A stretch of DNA of 41,304 bases, taken from positions 1 through 41,304 of the forward strand of contig JBBKWS010000069.1 of assembly GCA_037969075.1 (NCBI GenBank), given 5' to 3'. Shown here piece by piece: positions 1 to 9,352 of this stretch. The stretch comes from Bdellovibrionales bacterium. GTDB lineage: Bacteria > Bdellovibrionota > Bdellovibrionia > Bdellovibrionales > UBA840. Within the stretch, counting starts at the first letter, position 1. The number at the start of each line of letters is the position of its first letter. The translations under genes and the position numbers were made by a program. The notes under the pieces were generated by a model. That model worked only from the letters and a program-made list of their open reading frames with translations, was not told the DNA's origin and made no database searches.

Positions 1-270
1 GCACCAACCGATGATGTTTACGAAAAAACGGTAAGTAACCTTGAAGAAGTAAGAGCCCGTGGTGGACAAATTATTGCGATTGGCACAGGAAACAATGAAC
101 GCTTAAAATCATTGTCGCAGCATTATCTGTCACTACCAAAAACTAGCTGGAACTTAAACCCGATCTTATCGGTAATCCCACTGCAGTTAATGGCGTATCA
201 TGTAGCCGACCGACTTGGGTTCGATGTGGATCAACCAAGAAATTTGGCGAAGTCTGTTACTGTAGAATAA
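1..270 (+). CDS. glmS: Glutamine--fructose-6-phosphate aminotransferase, C-terminal fragment (5' truncated by the window)
   Basis: Frame +1 translates to ...SNLEEVRARGG...VIPLQLMAYHVA...DVDQPRNLAKSVTVE*, the conserved GlmS C-terminus. Not in the ORF track. Confidence 0.97.
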   Translation, partial: APTDDVYEKTVSNLEEVRARGGQIIAIGTGNNERLKSLSQHYLSLPKTSWNLNPILSVIPLQLMAYHVADRLGFDVDQPRNLAKSVTVE

Positions 271-411
271 CAAGTTGAAGCAAAACCCTTCTTTACTATA
301 TGGGTTTTGACTCTCAATATACAAGATTTCAAATCAAAAATACCTGCATTGAACAGCTCTCCAACACAGCTTTTAACACCCAAGGCGCAAAAGCGGCACT
401 TGGACCAAAAT

Positions 412-428
412 CGTCTCATTTTGAGACG
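412..428. promoter_or_regulatory. Perfect inverted repeat CGTCTCA-TTT-TGAGACG, candidate binding site for a sigma54 enhancer-binding protein
   Basis: 7-bp arms with a 3-nt spacer, about 57 nt upstream of a consensus sigma54 promoter. Confidence 0.6.
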
Positions 429-483
429 TGGTATTTCTATATTGATTATTAGATCTAAGTTATGGCCTCTAAACTGGACTCGC

Positions 484-499
484 TGGCACCCCTCTTGCT
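484..499 (+). promoter_or_regulatory. sigma54 (-24/-12) promoter
   Basis: TGGCAC-CCCTC-TTGCT matches TGGCAC-N5-TTGCW exactly; 25 nt before the ATG at 525. Confidence 0.8.
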
Positions 500-524
500 C
501 TATTAAGATGTAAGAGGGACGCAT

Positions 525-1139
525 ATGATTTTATTACTTTTAATACCATTTCAAGTGTTTGCAGCCACCCAACGTTCGGTTGATATTAAACGTTGGAACT
601 CGTTGAAATCTATTGAGTATAGTAATTCAATCAATCAAAAAGACCTTGAGCTTTATGTGCCTACTGATGAACTAGCAAGATTGGCTCAACCACAAGAAGA
701 AGAGACTACTAAAGATTTAGACTATGATGTTGATGAAGAGTCTACCCGTAATAATAAAGTGGGTAAAAAGATTATGGATCATACTTTTAAGAATTTCGCT
801 AAAGGTAAATTTACTCCAAATGCTAGCATTTTTAGAACTGTTAAAAACGTAGAAGAATCTATGAAATACGACATTACATTTGCTAAAGAAAATGCAAATG
901 ATATCGAACACAAAATCAATTTACAATATCAGCCATTTCAAAACATGGCAAAAATGAAATATCGTGGTTTTCTACAGGCAAATCTTGAATACTATTTTTC
1001 TGATGCAAAATTAGAGTGTTCAATTGAGAAAGACTTAACAAAAGACACTTTATTAGCAGTTACATATGGTAACGATTCTATTTCTCCTAATTCTGATGAC
1101 AGCATGTCTATGTTATTGATGCGTTGGGAATGGCGCTAG
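525..1139 (+). CDS. Exported hypothetical protein, possibly a small outer-membrane beta-barrel
   Basis: Signal peptide (MILLLLIPFQVFA); C-terminal half shows alternating beta-strand patterns and ends in aromatic-rich MRWEWR; GAGGG upstream. Confidence 0.75.
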   Translation: MILLLLIPFQVFAATQRSVDIKRWNSLKSIEYSNSINQKDLELYVPTDELARLAQPQEEETTKDLDYDVDEESTRNNKVGKKIMDHTFKNFAKGKFTPNASIFRTVKNVEESMKYDITFAKENANDIEHKINLQYQPFQNMAKMKYRGFLQANLEYYFSDAKLECSIEKDLTKDTLLAVTYGNDSISPNSDDSMSMLLMRWEWR

Positions 1140-1153
1140 TCTAGCAAAATACA

Positions 1154-1182
1154 TTGACCCCTATAGCAACAAAACTTAAAGT
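1154..1182 (+). promoter_or_regulatory. sigma70-type promoter, probably giving a leaderless transcript
   Basis: TTGACC-N17-TAAAGT, then 6 nt to the ATG at 1189; no Shine-Dalgarno. Confidence 0.6.
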
Positions 1183-1188
1183 TTATCC

Positions 1189-2367
1189 ATGGAAAACATA
1201 GTTATTGTTGCAGCAAAAAGAAACCCGTTCGGAAAATTTGGTGGAAGCTTAAAAGATATCAGCGCGACTGATTTAGCTTTATACGCATCTCAAGCTTGTC
1301 TTACACAAAGTAACTTAAAGCCTGAGGACATTGATCATGTTGTTTTAGGCAATGTCGTTCAATCCAGCAGTGATGCAATCTACACCCCAAGGCATTTAGG
1401 ATTAAAATTAGGAATACCACAAAATGTACCCGCCCTAGGTGTCGCAAGGCTTTGCGGCAGCGGATTTCAGGCGTGGGTAACAGCTGCTCAGATGATACAA
1501 ACTGGTGAGGCTAAAATCATTTTATCTGGCGGCGTTGAGCAAATGTCGCAAATTCCTTACGTTATACGGGCCGCTAGATGGGGCCAAAAAATGGGTGGCA
1601 CAGAAGTAGAAGATTATTTAACAGCAGCTCTAGTAGACCAATACACTAATACTCCGATGGCCATCACGGCTGAAAACTTAGCTGTAAAATATAAAATCTC
1701 CCGTGATGAGGTAGATGCTTATGCCCTACAGTCTCAAATGCGTTATCAAGCCGCTTTAAAAGAAGGTAAGTTTGCCACCGAAATTAGCCCTGTTACCATC
1801 ACAACTAAAAAAGGTGAATTTACTGTTGAACACGATGAACACCCAAAAGGTGATGTAACTATTGAAGGTTTAAAAAAACTACCAGCTCTATTTAAAAAAG
1901 ATGGTGTAGTTAGTGCTGGAAGTGCATCAGGAATTGTGGATGGCGCTGCTATGTCTATCTTAATGACCGAGTCAGAAGCCAAGGCACGTGGTCTAAAACC
2001 ACTAGCAAAAATCTTATCCTACGCCTCTGTTGGTTGCGATCCAACCATCATGGGAATAGGCCCAGTAAATGCCATTAAGATTGCTCTTAATAAAGCTAAA
2101 CTTAGTTTAAATGATATGGATTTAATAGAAGTTAACGAAGCATTCTCTGCGCAGTACCTAGCAGTGCAAAAAGAACTGGGATTAGATAACGATAAAACCA
2201 ATGTAAACGGTGGAGCTATTGCTGTTGGGCATCCATTGGGAGCCTCTGGAACTAGAATCATGAACCACTTAGTATACGAGCTTCACAGGCGCAAAAAATC
2301 ATTGGCAGTGGGTAGTGCTTGCATTGGCGGTGGCCAAGGTATTGCTATTGTTATTGAGGCCATGTAA
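1189..2367 (+). CDS. Acetyl-CoA C-acyltransferase (thiolase)
   Basis: RLCGSG active-site Cys, NEAF, GHPLGASG and CIGGGQG motifs. Confidence 0.96.
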   Translation: MENIVIVAAKRNPFGKFGGSLKDISATDLALYASQACLTQSNLKPEDIDHVVLGNVVQSSSDAIYTPRHLGLKLGIPQNVPALGVARLCGSGFQAWVTAAQMIQTGEAKIILSGGVEQMSQIPYVIRAARWGQKMGGTEVEDYLTAALVDQYTNTPMAITAENLAVKYKISRDEVDAYALQSQMRYQAALKEGKFATEISPVTITTKKGEFTVEHDEHPKGDVTIEGLKKLPALFKKDGVVSAGSASGIVDGAAMSILMTESEAKARGLKPLAKILSYASVGCDPTIMGIGPVNAIKIALNKAKLSLNDMDLIEVNEAFSAQYLAVQKELGLDNDKTNVNGGAIAVGHPLGASGTRIMNHLVYELHRRKKSLAVGSACIGGGQGIAIVIEAM

Positions 2368-3518
2368 TGAATCCTGATTTTTTCTCTCTAGACTCATCTT
2401 TATCTAAAGAAGAAAAATCTACTCAGTTACGTATAAATGAATTCGTAACAGCTAATTTAATGCCAACTATTAATGATCATTTTCAAGCTGGCACATTTCC
2501 TAAAGAACTTATTTCTGAATTTGGTAAACTTGGTCTGCTTGGGGCAACGATCAAAGGCTATGGTTGCGCAGGGCTTAATTACACAACGTATGGTTTGATG
2601 ATGAAAGAAATTGAGCGTTGTGACAGTGGCGTCAGAAGTTTCATCAGTGTGCAAGGTGCCCTTGCTATGTATCCCATAGCAACATTTGGTACAGAAGACC
2701 AAAAAAATAAATATCTTCCGAAGATGGCTAAAGGTGAATTGATAGGTTGCTTTGGATTAACAGAACCTGAGGGTGGCTCTAACCCTGGAGCAATGACCAC
2801 CAAAGTAGTTAAAGATGGAAATGATTATTTATTATCTGGTCACAAGCGTTGGCTAACCAATGGATCCATCGCAGATATCGCGATCATCTGGGCAAAAAAT
2901 GAAGATGAAAAAATCGTAGGATTGATTGTGGATCTTAGCCTTATTGGTGTAACAATTAAAAAACTAGATGCTAAATTCAGTTTACGCGTTAGCTATGGCA
3001 CTGAAATGCAATTTGATAGTGTACGAATCAAACCCGAACAAGTTTTAGGTGTGGTTGGATTAAAGGGACCATTTTCTTGTTTAAACATAGCACGATATGG
3101 AATCTCATGGGGCGTAGTGGGAGCGGCCGAAGCTTGCTATACAGAAGCTTTAAATTATGCATTAAATAGATCACCATTTGGTAAGCCACTAGCTTCCCAT
3201 CAATTAGTACAGGCAAAGTTAGTGTCTATGTTTACCGAGATCACCAAAGCACAAATGCTTGCATATCACTTAGGTAGAGGTATGGACGAAGGCAAAACCA
3301 TCCCGCCTCAGATATCCATGGCAAAGATGAATAATGTAAGTGAAGCGCTAAAGATCGCCCGCCAAAGTCGAGACATCTTAGGAGCCAATGGAATCACTTA
3401 TGATTACCACACTGGCCGCCACTTAATGAATTTAGAGACGGTAAATACATATGAAGGCACTGAAGACATTCATAGATTGATATTAGGACAACATATTACT
3501 GGAATTTCTGCGTATTAA
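2367..3518 (+). CDS. gcdH: Acyl-CoA dehydrogenase, glutaryl-CoA dehydrogenase type
   Basis: GCFGLTEP, LGANGI and NLETVNTYEGTEDIH (C-terminal catalytic Glu typical of GCDH); TAATG overlap with the thiolase stop. Confidence 0.85.
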   Translation: MNPDFFSLDSSLSKEEKSTQLRINEFVTANLMPTINDHFQAGTFPKELISEFGKLGLLGATIKGYGCAGLNYTTYGLMMKEIERCDSGVRSFISVQGALAMYPIATFGTEDQKNKYLPKMAKGELIGCFGLTEPEGGSNPGAMTTKVVKDGNDYLLSGHKRWLTNGSIADIAIIWAKNEDEKIVGLIVDLSLIGVTIKKLDAKFSLRVSYGTEMQFDSVRIKPEQVLGVVGLKGPFSCLNIARYGISWGVVGAAEACYTEALNYALNRSPFGKPLASHQLVQAKLVSMFTEITKAQMLAYHLGRGMDEGKTIPPQISMAKMNNVSEALKIARQSRDILGANGITYDYHTGRHLMNLETVNTYEGTEDIHRLILGQHITGISAY

Positions 3519-3519
3519 T

Positions 3520-4401
3520 TTATAAAAATTTTACTTCGGTTTTTAATTCGATATTGAATTTATCTTTTACTGTCTTTTGTATGTGAGCAATCAGTGACAC
3601 AAAATCAGAAGCTGTAGCATTTCCAAGATTCACCAAAAAATTAGCATGTTTTAATGAAACTTGTGCATCCCCTATTTGAAACCCCTTCAAGCCACTATCT
3701 TGAATAAGTCTACCTGCAGAATTACCTGGAGGATTTACAAAGGTCGATCCACAAGAAGGCATTTCAAGTGGTTGACGATCTTTTCTAGTTTTGGCAAACA
3801 TAGCTGCTTTATCTTTAATAGCTTTATCAACGTCAGCTAATGACCATGAAAATCCCGCTCTCACAATAATCCCTGGTTCCCAACCTAGACAGTGGCGATA
3901 GGACCACTGCAATTCGTCCTTTTCAAAACGAATGATTTCACTACCCCGCAGAACCTCTACCCAATCTGTCATTTCATGAAACTCGTGTGGTGACATTTGC
4001 TCGGCAATACCAGCGTTCATTACGATACCGCCACCTACATCACCTGGAAGACCTGATAAAAAAATGCCTGGCGGAAGATTTTCTTTTATAAAAACTTTTG
4101 CTAATGAAAACTTAGGCTCCCCTGCCATGGCAGTGATTACTAGTTTTTCTTTTGTTTTTTGAATCTCTAAACCTTTAAATTTTTTTGTACAAATGACTAG
4201 GCCTTGTAATCCACTGTCAGGAATTAAAACATTACTACCACTACCCAATATGGTAATGGGTAATCTAAGGTCTTTGGCGTATTTTACCGCTTCAATCATC
4301 TCATCGATAGTTTGCGGAAGGCAAAAGTGATCCGCAGGACCGCCAATCTTCCAAGAGTTGTACTTTTTTAAATCTATATTTCTATCTACGGATAGGCTCA
4401 A
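3520..4401 (-). CDS. murB: UDP-N-acetylenolpyruvoylglucosamine reductase
   Basis: KIGGPAD, GSGSNVL, MNAG, SYR, QP...SCGSTFVNP, HANFLVN, LKTEV. Confidence 0.96.
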   Translation of the reverse strand: MSLSVDRNIDLKKYNSWKIGGPADHFCLPQTIDEMIEAVKYAKDLRLPITILGSGSNVLIPDSGLQGLVICTKKFKGLEIQKTKEKLVITAMAGEPKFSLAKVFIKENLPPGIFLSGLPGDVGGGIVMNAGIAEQMSPHEFHEMTDWVEVLRGSEIIRFEKDELQWSYRHCLGWEPGIIVRAGFSWSLADVDKAIKDKAAMFAKTRKDRQPLEMPSCGSTFVNPPGNSAGRLIQDSGLKGFQIGDAQVSLKHANFLVNLGNATASDFVSLIAHIQKTVKDKFNIELKTEVKFL

Positions 4402-5734
4402 CGAGTAACTCCATTCCTACTTTCCAAATATCCCCAGCTCCAAAAGTGACAAACACATCATCGGATTTCAATTGTTCTTTTGCGATTCGTAAGGCTTCAG
4501 AGTTGTTTTTACAAAAAAACTTTTCCTGATGATTGATCTCATTAAAAAGTTTTTCTCCGCTAATGCCAAAAGTATTTACTTCACCTGCCGCATATATTTC
4601 ATTTAACAAAAGAACATCCGCTTCTTTAAAAGACACTAAGAACTCATCCCAACAAAGTTGCGTCCTGCTGTACCTGTGAGGCTGAAAAGCTACTACGATT
4701 CGTTGATTTGGAAATTTTTCTTTAAATGCACTAAGGGTGGCCTTGATCTCTGTAGGGTGATGAGCGTAGTCATCGTAAATTGGAATTGTTCCCATATCAC
4801 CCTTAAACTGAAACCGTCTACCAACACCAGTAAAGGTTTTGACTGCACTCCCCGCTACCTCTAGTGATATACCTGCCTCTTGTCCGACAAGAATGGCCGC
4901 TGTTGCATTTAAAGCATTGTGCTTGCCTGGAAGAGCAACTTCGAAATCTAAGACAACACGGTCTTGGTGTATCAATGAGTACTTACTGTTTTGCCCCGCT
5001 AGACGATAATCATTGTCTGCATTAAATCCATAGTAAATTATATTTTTCGGAAAATTCGCTAAGGCTCTACGAATCCTTACATCATCACCGCAAGCTAGAA
5101 TCTTTCCGTAAAATGGAACCTGCAAAGCAAAATTTCTAAAAGCCTCTTCGAGCTCAGAATCAGACTTATAAAAATCCATATGGTCATTATCAATATTGGT
5201 AATCACAGAAATCTCAGGCCGCAACTTTAAGAAGCTTCCATCACTTTCATCAGCTTCAGCAATCAACCAAGCTCCCAATCCAAGAAGCGCCGTGCTTTTA
5301 ATAATATCAAGCCTTCCACCAACTACAATCGTAGGCTTTAAATCTGCTTGCATAAACACAGACGCAACCAATGATGTCGTAGTTGTTTTTCCGTGACTGC
5401 CACCAATGGCTATCCCGCGCTTTAATGACATGATTTCTGCTAGTACTTCGGCTCTTGGAATAATTGGTATTTTATTCTCTCTAGCTTCAAGCATTTCAAC
5501 ATGATCAAATTTAACCGCACTAGAATACACCACCACATCAGCGTCAACTTGTTGTCCACGAGCGTGACCTATAAAAATCTTCACGCCTAATTCTCTAAGT
5601 CTTTCTGTGTTTGCATTTTCACTTAAATCACTTCCCCAGACTTGCGCTCCCATATTATGTAATAACTCTGCCAGCCCGCACATGCCGACGCCGCCAATAC
5701 CAATAAAATAGATTTTATGAGAAGCTAAACGCAT
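4382..5734 (-). CDS. murC: UDP-N-acetylmuramate--L-alanine ligase
   Basis: GIGGVGM, GSHGKTTT, EADESDGSF, DDYAHHPTEI, FQPHRYSR. Start moved to ATG 5734, which follows AGGAG. Confidence 0.97.
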   Translation of the reverse strand: MRLASHKIYFIGIGGVGMCGLAELLHNMGAQVWGSDLSENANTERLRELGVKIFIGHARGQQVDADVVVYSSAVKFDHVEMLEARENKIPIIPRAEVLAEIMSLKRGIAIGGSHGKTTTTSLVASVFMQADLKPTIVVGGRLDIIKSTALLGLGAWLIAEADESDGSFLKLRPEISVITNIDNDHMDFYKSDSELEEAFRNFALQVPFYGKILACGDDVRIRRALANFPKNIIYYGFNADNDYRLAGQNSKYSLIHQDRVVLDFEVALPGKHNALNATAAILVGQEAGISLEVAGSAVKTFTGVGRRFQFKGDMGTIPIYDDYAHHPTEIKATLSAFKEKFPNQRIVVAFQPHRYSRTQLCWDEFLVSFKEADVLLLNEIYAAGEVNTFGISGEKLFNEINHQEKFFCKNNSEALRIAKEQLKSDDVFVTFGAGDIWKVGMELLVEPIRR

Positions 5735-5741
5735 ACTACTC

Positions 5742-6851
5742 CTATAGCAGAGACTTATACGAAATGTAATCAAGAAGTTTTTTAGCTATTTTTTCGGCAG
5801 AATCCTGGTTCCCAAATATTGCTACCTTCTCTTCCATATTACGTATCAAACTAGGGTCATCCGTTAGCTGTTGTAAAATTTTACCTAGTGCTTCAGGAGT
5901 AAAATCTTTTTGCTCCACTAGCTGTGCCGCTCCCACATCACTCAGTCTTTTTGCATTTAAGACTTGATGATTATCAGCAGCCCATGGAAGCGGTACAAAT
6001 AGACAAGCTTTTTTGCTTAAGGCAACCTCTGCCACCGTCGATGCCCCGGCTCTACAAATCAAAAAATTTGCCTTACTTAATTCTTCTGGCATATTGTGTA
6101 TAAACTCTCTTACATCTAATTGAATATTAAAATCTTTATACAAATTTTTAAATTTCTCGTAATCCGTTGCGCCGATTTGATGGACAAATTGAATGGATTT
6201 GAATTTTTCAAATTCTTTATCATTCTCATTCACTTTTTTTAAAAAAGAATAGATGACTTCATTGATAGCTCTTGCCCCACTACTGCCACCAAAAATAAGA
6301 ACCCTAAAGACATTACTCACTTCTGATTTAACAGGCTTAAACCTTGTTGGTGTTCCATATTTATAAACTCTTTTCATAGGGAAAATCTCATCCGTATCCG
6401 AAAAATTTAAAAAAATTAAATTGGCGTGTTTACCCATAGTCCTTGTAACAAGGCCTGGATGAGCATTTGCCTCCCAGACAGCAAATGGAATACCCAATAA
6501 TCGCGCCGCCACCAATGAAGGAAAAGAAGCATACCCCCCAAAACCAATAACAATAGACGGTCGTAATTTTAATAGTAAAAAATAACCCTTAATAAATGCC
6601 CATGGTATCCCAAGTAATGTAATTATTTTTTTAAAAAAACTTTTTACGTTGATCGGCCCAATGGGAAGCAAATAAAATGGGTATCCAATTTTTAAAAAAA
6701 TAGTTTTATCTAAAGGTCGATCTGCACCTATAAAAACAACATTAGTATCAGGTGAAATTTTCTGTAAAGCCTGTGCAACAGCAAGCCCCGGGTAAATGTG
6801 TCCGCCGGTGCCACCGCCAGTTAAAATGATGGTATTAGACTTTTTTTGCAT
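5742..6851 (-). CDS. murG: Lipid II GlcNAc transferase
   Basis: GGGTGGHIYP, GFGGY, GGSSGA, RAGASTVAE, HQVLNA. Confidence 0.97.
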   Translation of the reverse strand: MQKKSNTIILTGGGTGGHIYPGLAVAQALQKISPDTNVVFIGADRPLDKTIFLKIGYPFYLLPIGPINVKSFFKKIITLLGIPWAFIKGYFLLLKLRPSIVIGFGGYASFPSLVAARLLGIPFAVWEANAHPGLVTRTMGKHANLIFLNFSDTDEIFPMKRVYKYGTPTRFKPVKSEVSNVFRVLIFGGSSGARAINEVIYSFLKKVNENDKEFEKFKSIQFVHQIGATDYEKFKNLYKDFNIQLDVREFIHNMPEELSKANFLICRAGASTVAEVALSKKACLFVPLPWAADNHQVLNAKRLSDVGAAQLVEQKDFTPEALGKILQQLTDDPSLIRNMEEKVAIFGNQDSAEKIAKKLLDYISYKSLL

Positions 6852-7938
6852 CGACTGAGCTGCGCTTTATGTTTAATAACAGACCAAATAAAATAGCTAC
6901 ACCTAACAGTGAACTGCCTCCATAACTTAAAAACGGTAGAGTAATTCCTTTCGTCGGCAATATACCCATAGTAACACCCATATTTATAAAAACTTGAAAT
7001 GAAAAACAAGAAACCAAGCCAACAGCAACACATTGCTGAAACTCTGTCTTTGCCTGAATACTAATTTGCATAGATTTAAAAATAATGTAGGCATATAAGC
7101 AGATCACAAAAAGCAGTCCGATAAAACCCGTTTCTTCTGCTAGTACTGCTAAGGTAAAATCTGTGTGAGCCTCTGGTAAAAAAAATAGTTTGCCTTGTCC
7201 TTGCCCTAAGCCAACACCTGTAAGTCCACCAGAATAAAAACTCATCATGGACTGAATTACCTGAAACCCTGAACCACTTGCGTCCGACCAAGGGTCAAAA
7301 AATGTCATCATCCTTGCTTTTCTATATGGGACCGCCCAAATTAGGCCAATAAATAATAGCGAGGCGGCAGCACTTGAAGCGAAAATATAGCGCCATTTCA
7401 TCCCATAAGAAAACAAGACCGATAAAATAGTGATTCCGCATATAACAAAGGTTCCAAAATCGGGCTGTTTTAATAAAAGTACTATCGGGAAAATAAAATA
7501 CAGAAGCTTCAGAGCGTCTTTCCACCAATTCTCTTTTTTGAATTTAAACTTTAAAAACAACGAGGCCCATACGATGGGTACAAATATTTTTAGAATTTCA
7601 GAAGGCTGCAATCTAAAAAATGGTAGCTGTAACCAACGAGCAGCACCATTGACCTTAACCCCTATTGGAGAAAATAGTGTAGCCAACATCAAAAGAGTTA
7701 ACGGAATCCAAATCCATTTTCCAAATCGCTCAATCCACTGCCACGGAATTTTATAGATAACTAAAAACAGAAGGATTGAAATGGCTGCGTAGATAAGCTG
7801 CTTTTTAAAGTAAAATAGGCCATCATTATGATTTTCGATAGCAAAGATATAGCTAGCAGAATAGACCTGCACGAGGCCAATACCAAGAGCCAAAAATAAC
7901 GCTAATAAAAGGGGCTGATCCAACTGACTGCGGCGCAT
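6835..7938 (-). CDS. ftsW: SEDS peptidoglycan polymerase FtsW
   Basis: Multi-TM; GAARWL, QPSE, QPDFGT, LPEAHTDF, LPFLSYGGSS; position between murD and murG. Confidence 0.96.
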   Translation of the reverse strand: MRRSQLDQPLLLALFLALGIGLVQVYSASYIFAIENHNDGLFYFKKQLIYAAISILLFLVIYKIPWQWIERFGKWIWIPLTLLMLATLFSPIGVKVNGAARWLQLPFFRLQPSEILKIFVPIVWASLFLKFKFKKENWWKDALKLLYFIFPIVLLLKQPDFGTFVICGITILSVLFSYGMKWRYIFASSAAASLLFIGLIWAVPYRKARMMTFFDPWSDASGSGFQVIQSMMSFYSGGLTGVGLGQGQGKLFFLPEAHTDFTLAVLAEETGFIGLLFVICLYAYIIFKSMQISIQAKTEFQQCVAVGLVSCFSFQVFINMGVTMGILPTKGITLPFLSYGGSSLLGVAILFGLLLNIKRSSVDAKKV

Positions 7939-7944
7939 ACTTAA

Positions 7945-7953
7945 ATGCTAGCA
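7945..7953 (-). promoter_or_regulatory. Extended -10 element (TGcTAGCAT), internal dcw promoter for a probably leaderless ftsW mRNA
   Basis: The -10 hexamer ends 6 nt before the ftsW ATG; no SD in the 26-nt gap. Confidence 0.45.
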
Positions 7954-7964
7954 CCGCAAATGGC

Positions 7965-9350
7965 TTAAGAAAAGGTTTTAACTATCTTTTTAAAGTAGTT
8001 TCCACGCTCTTCATAGCTGTCAAACATATCGAAACTTGGGCAACCTGGGCTTAAAAGAACCGTATCGTTAATACGAGATTTTTGATAAGCGATCAAAACA
8101 GCCTCTTCAAACGTTCCAATCAAAAAGGTCTGGGTATGGTCCCCTAGATCACGGTTGATCTTTTCTTTCGCCTCACCCACTAAAATCAGAGTTTTTACTT
8201 TTTGCTTAATAAATGGCGCAAGAGACTCAAAGCTAACTCCAGTTTCTTTGCCACCCATTACTAAAATCACATTTTCTTCAAATGAATCTAAAGCTCTCGC
8301 CACGGCATGCACATTTGTAGCCTTGGAATCATTATAAAATAACACTCCCCCTGCTTTACGCACATATTCTATACGATGTGGAAGACCAGGGAAGTCATTA
8401 ATCACTTGCTGGATCATCTCAGGCTTAGCACCAACCTCACGTACAGCAAGAATTGCTGCCATTAAGTTTTCTATGCTGTGGCGTCCAACCATTTTCATTT
8501 CTTCAGTACTAAAAGATTCAATCTCTGGTCCTACGCGCAGACGGACTTCATTTTTTATATTAACAGATCCACCAATATTCATGATTTGTGGCTCTAAAGC
8601 TGGTTTTCTAGAAAAATATAGGATTCTACCTTTTTGCACAATAGGATCACGAGCTAAATCCACAACTCTTTTATCATCAGCATTTAAAATGCTAGTCGTT
8701 AAGTGATTTACATTTCTAAATACACGGCGCTTACAGGCGATGTAATTTTCCATAGTACGATGACGATCAAAATGATTTTCAGATAAATTCATAAAAATAA
8801 TATTGCGTGGTGCAAGAGTATCGCAATGCTCTAGTTGAAAACTAGAGACTTCACAGATAATGTATTCTGCTTTCTCACCTTTGCGCGCTTGCCTAACATA
8901 CTCTATCAATGGAGTACCAAAGTTTCCACCCAGCCAAGCTGTTACACCTGATAGATTTAACATTTGTTCGATCAACTTACACACCGTAGATTTACCGTTA
9001 GTCCCTGTCACAGCGATGATTGGCTCTTCAATAAATTGAGAGGCAAATTCAACATCCCCAGTCACTTTTACACCATTTGATTTAGCATAATCAAAAATCT
9101 TTAACTCAGGCGATATACCTGGGCTCATGATAATTAGATCTTGTTCAATAAAAGTTCTAGGAGTGTGACCACCTAAATCATACTTTAATGGAAGATGGTC
9201 AATCTCATCTAAATAACCTGATAATTCTGCCGGAGATTTATGGTCACTCACCGTGACCTCACAACCCGATTCGATTAAAAATTTTGCCAAAGAAACGCCG
9301 GTCTTACTAAGACCAACTACCATGATTCGCTTTCCACTTATTTCCAACAT
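7965..9350 (-). CDS. murD: UDP-MurNAc-L-Ala--D-Glu ligase
   Basis: TGTNGKST, EVSSFQLE, NDSKATN, LLSPGCPSFDMF. Confidence 0.97.
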   Translation of the reverse strand: MLEISGKRIMVVGLSKTGVSLAKFLIESGCEVTVSDHKSPAELSGYLDEIDHLPLKYDLGGHTPRTFIEQDLIIMSPGISPELKIFDYAKSNGVKVTGDVEFASQFIEEPIIAVTGTNGKSTVCKLIEQMLNLSGVTAWLGGNFGTPLIEYVRQARKGEKAEYIICEVSSFQLEHCDTLAPRNIIFMNLSENHFDRHRTMENYIACKRRVFRNVNHLTTSILNADDKRVVDLARDPIVQKGRILYFSRKPALEPQIMNIGGSVNIKNEVRLRVGPEIESFSTEEMKMVGRHSIENLMAAILAVREVGAKPEMIQQVINDFPGLPHRIEYVRKAGGVLFYNDSKATNVHAVARALDSFEENVILVMGGKETGVSFESLAPFIKQKVKTLILVGEAKEKINRDLGDHTQTFLIGTFEEAVLIAYQKSRINDTVLLSPGCPSFDMFDSYEERGNYFKKIVKTFS

Positions 9351-9352
9351 AA

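Noticed and set aside
230..330. glmS 3' end as a Tn7 attachment site
   Set aside because: No Tn7 end (TGT plus TnsB repeats) or tns genes are evident downstream; the site appears unoccupied.
231..524. ORFs 307..513 (+) and 231..524 (-)
   Set aside because: No recognisable motif or RBS; they span the sigma54 promoter and its upstream palindrome, so the region is better explained as regulatory.
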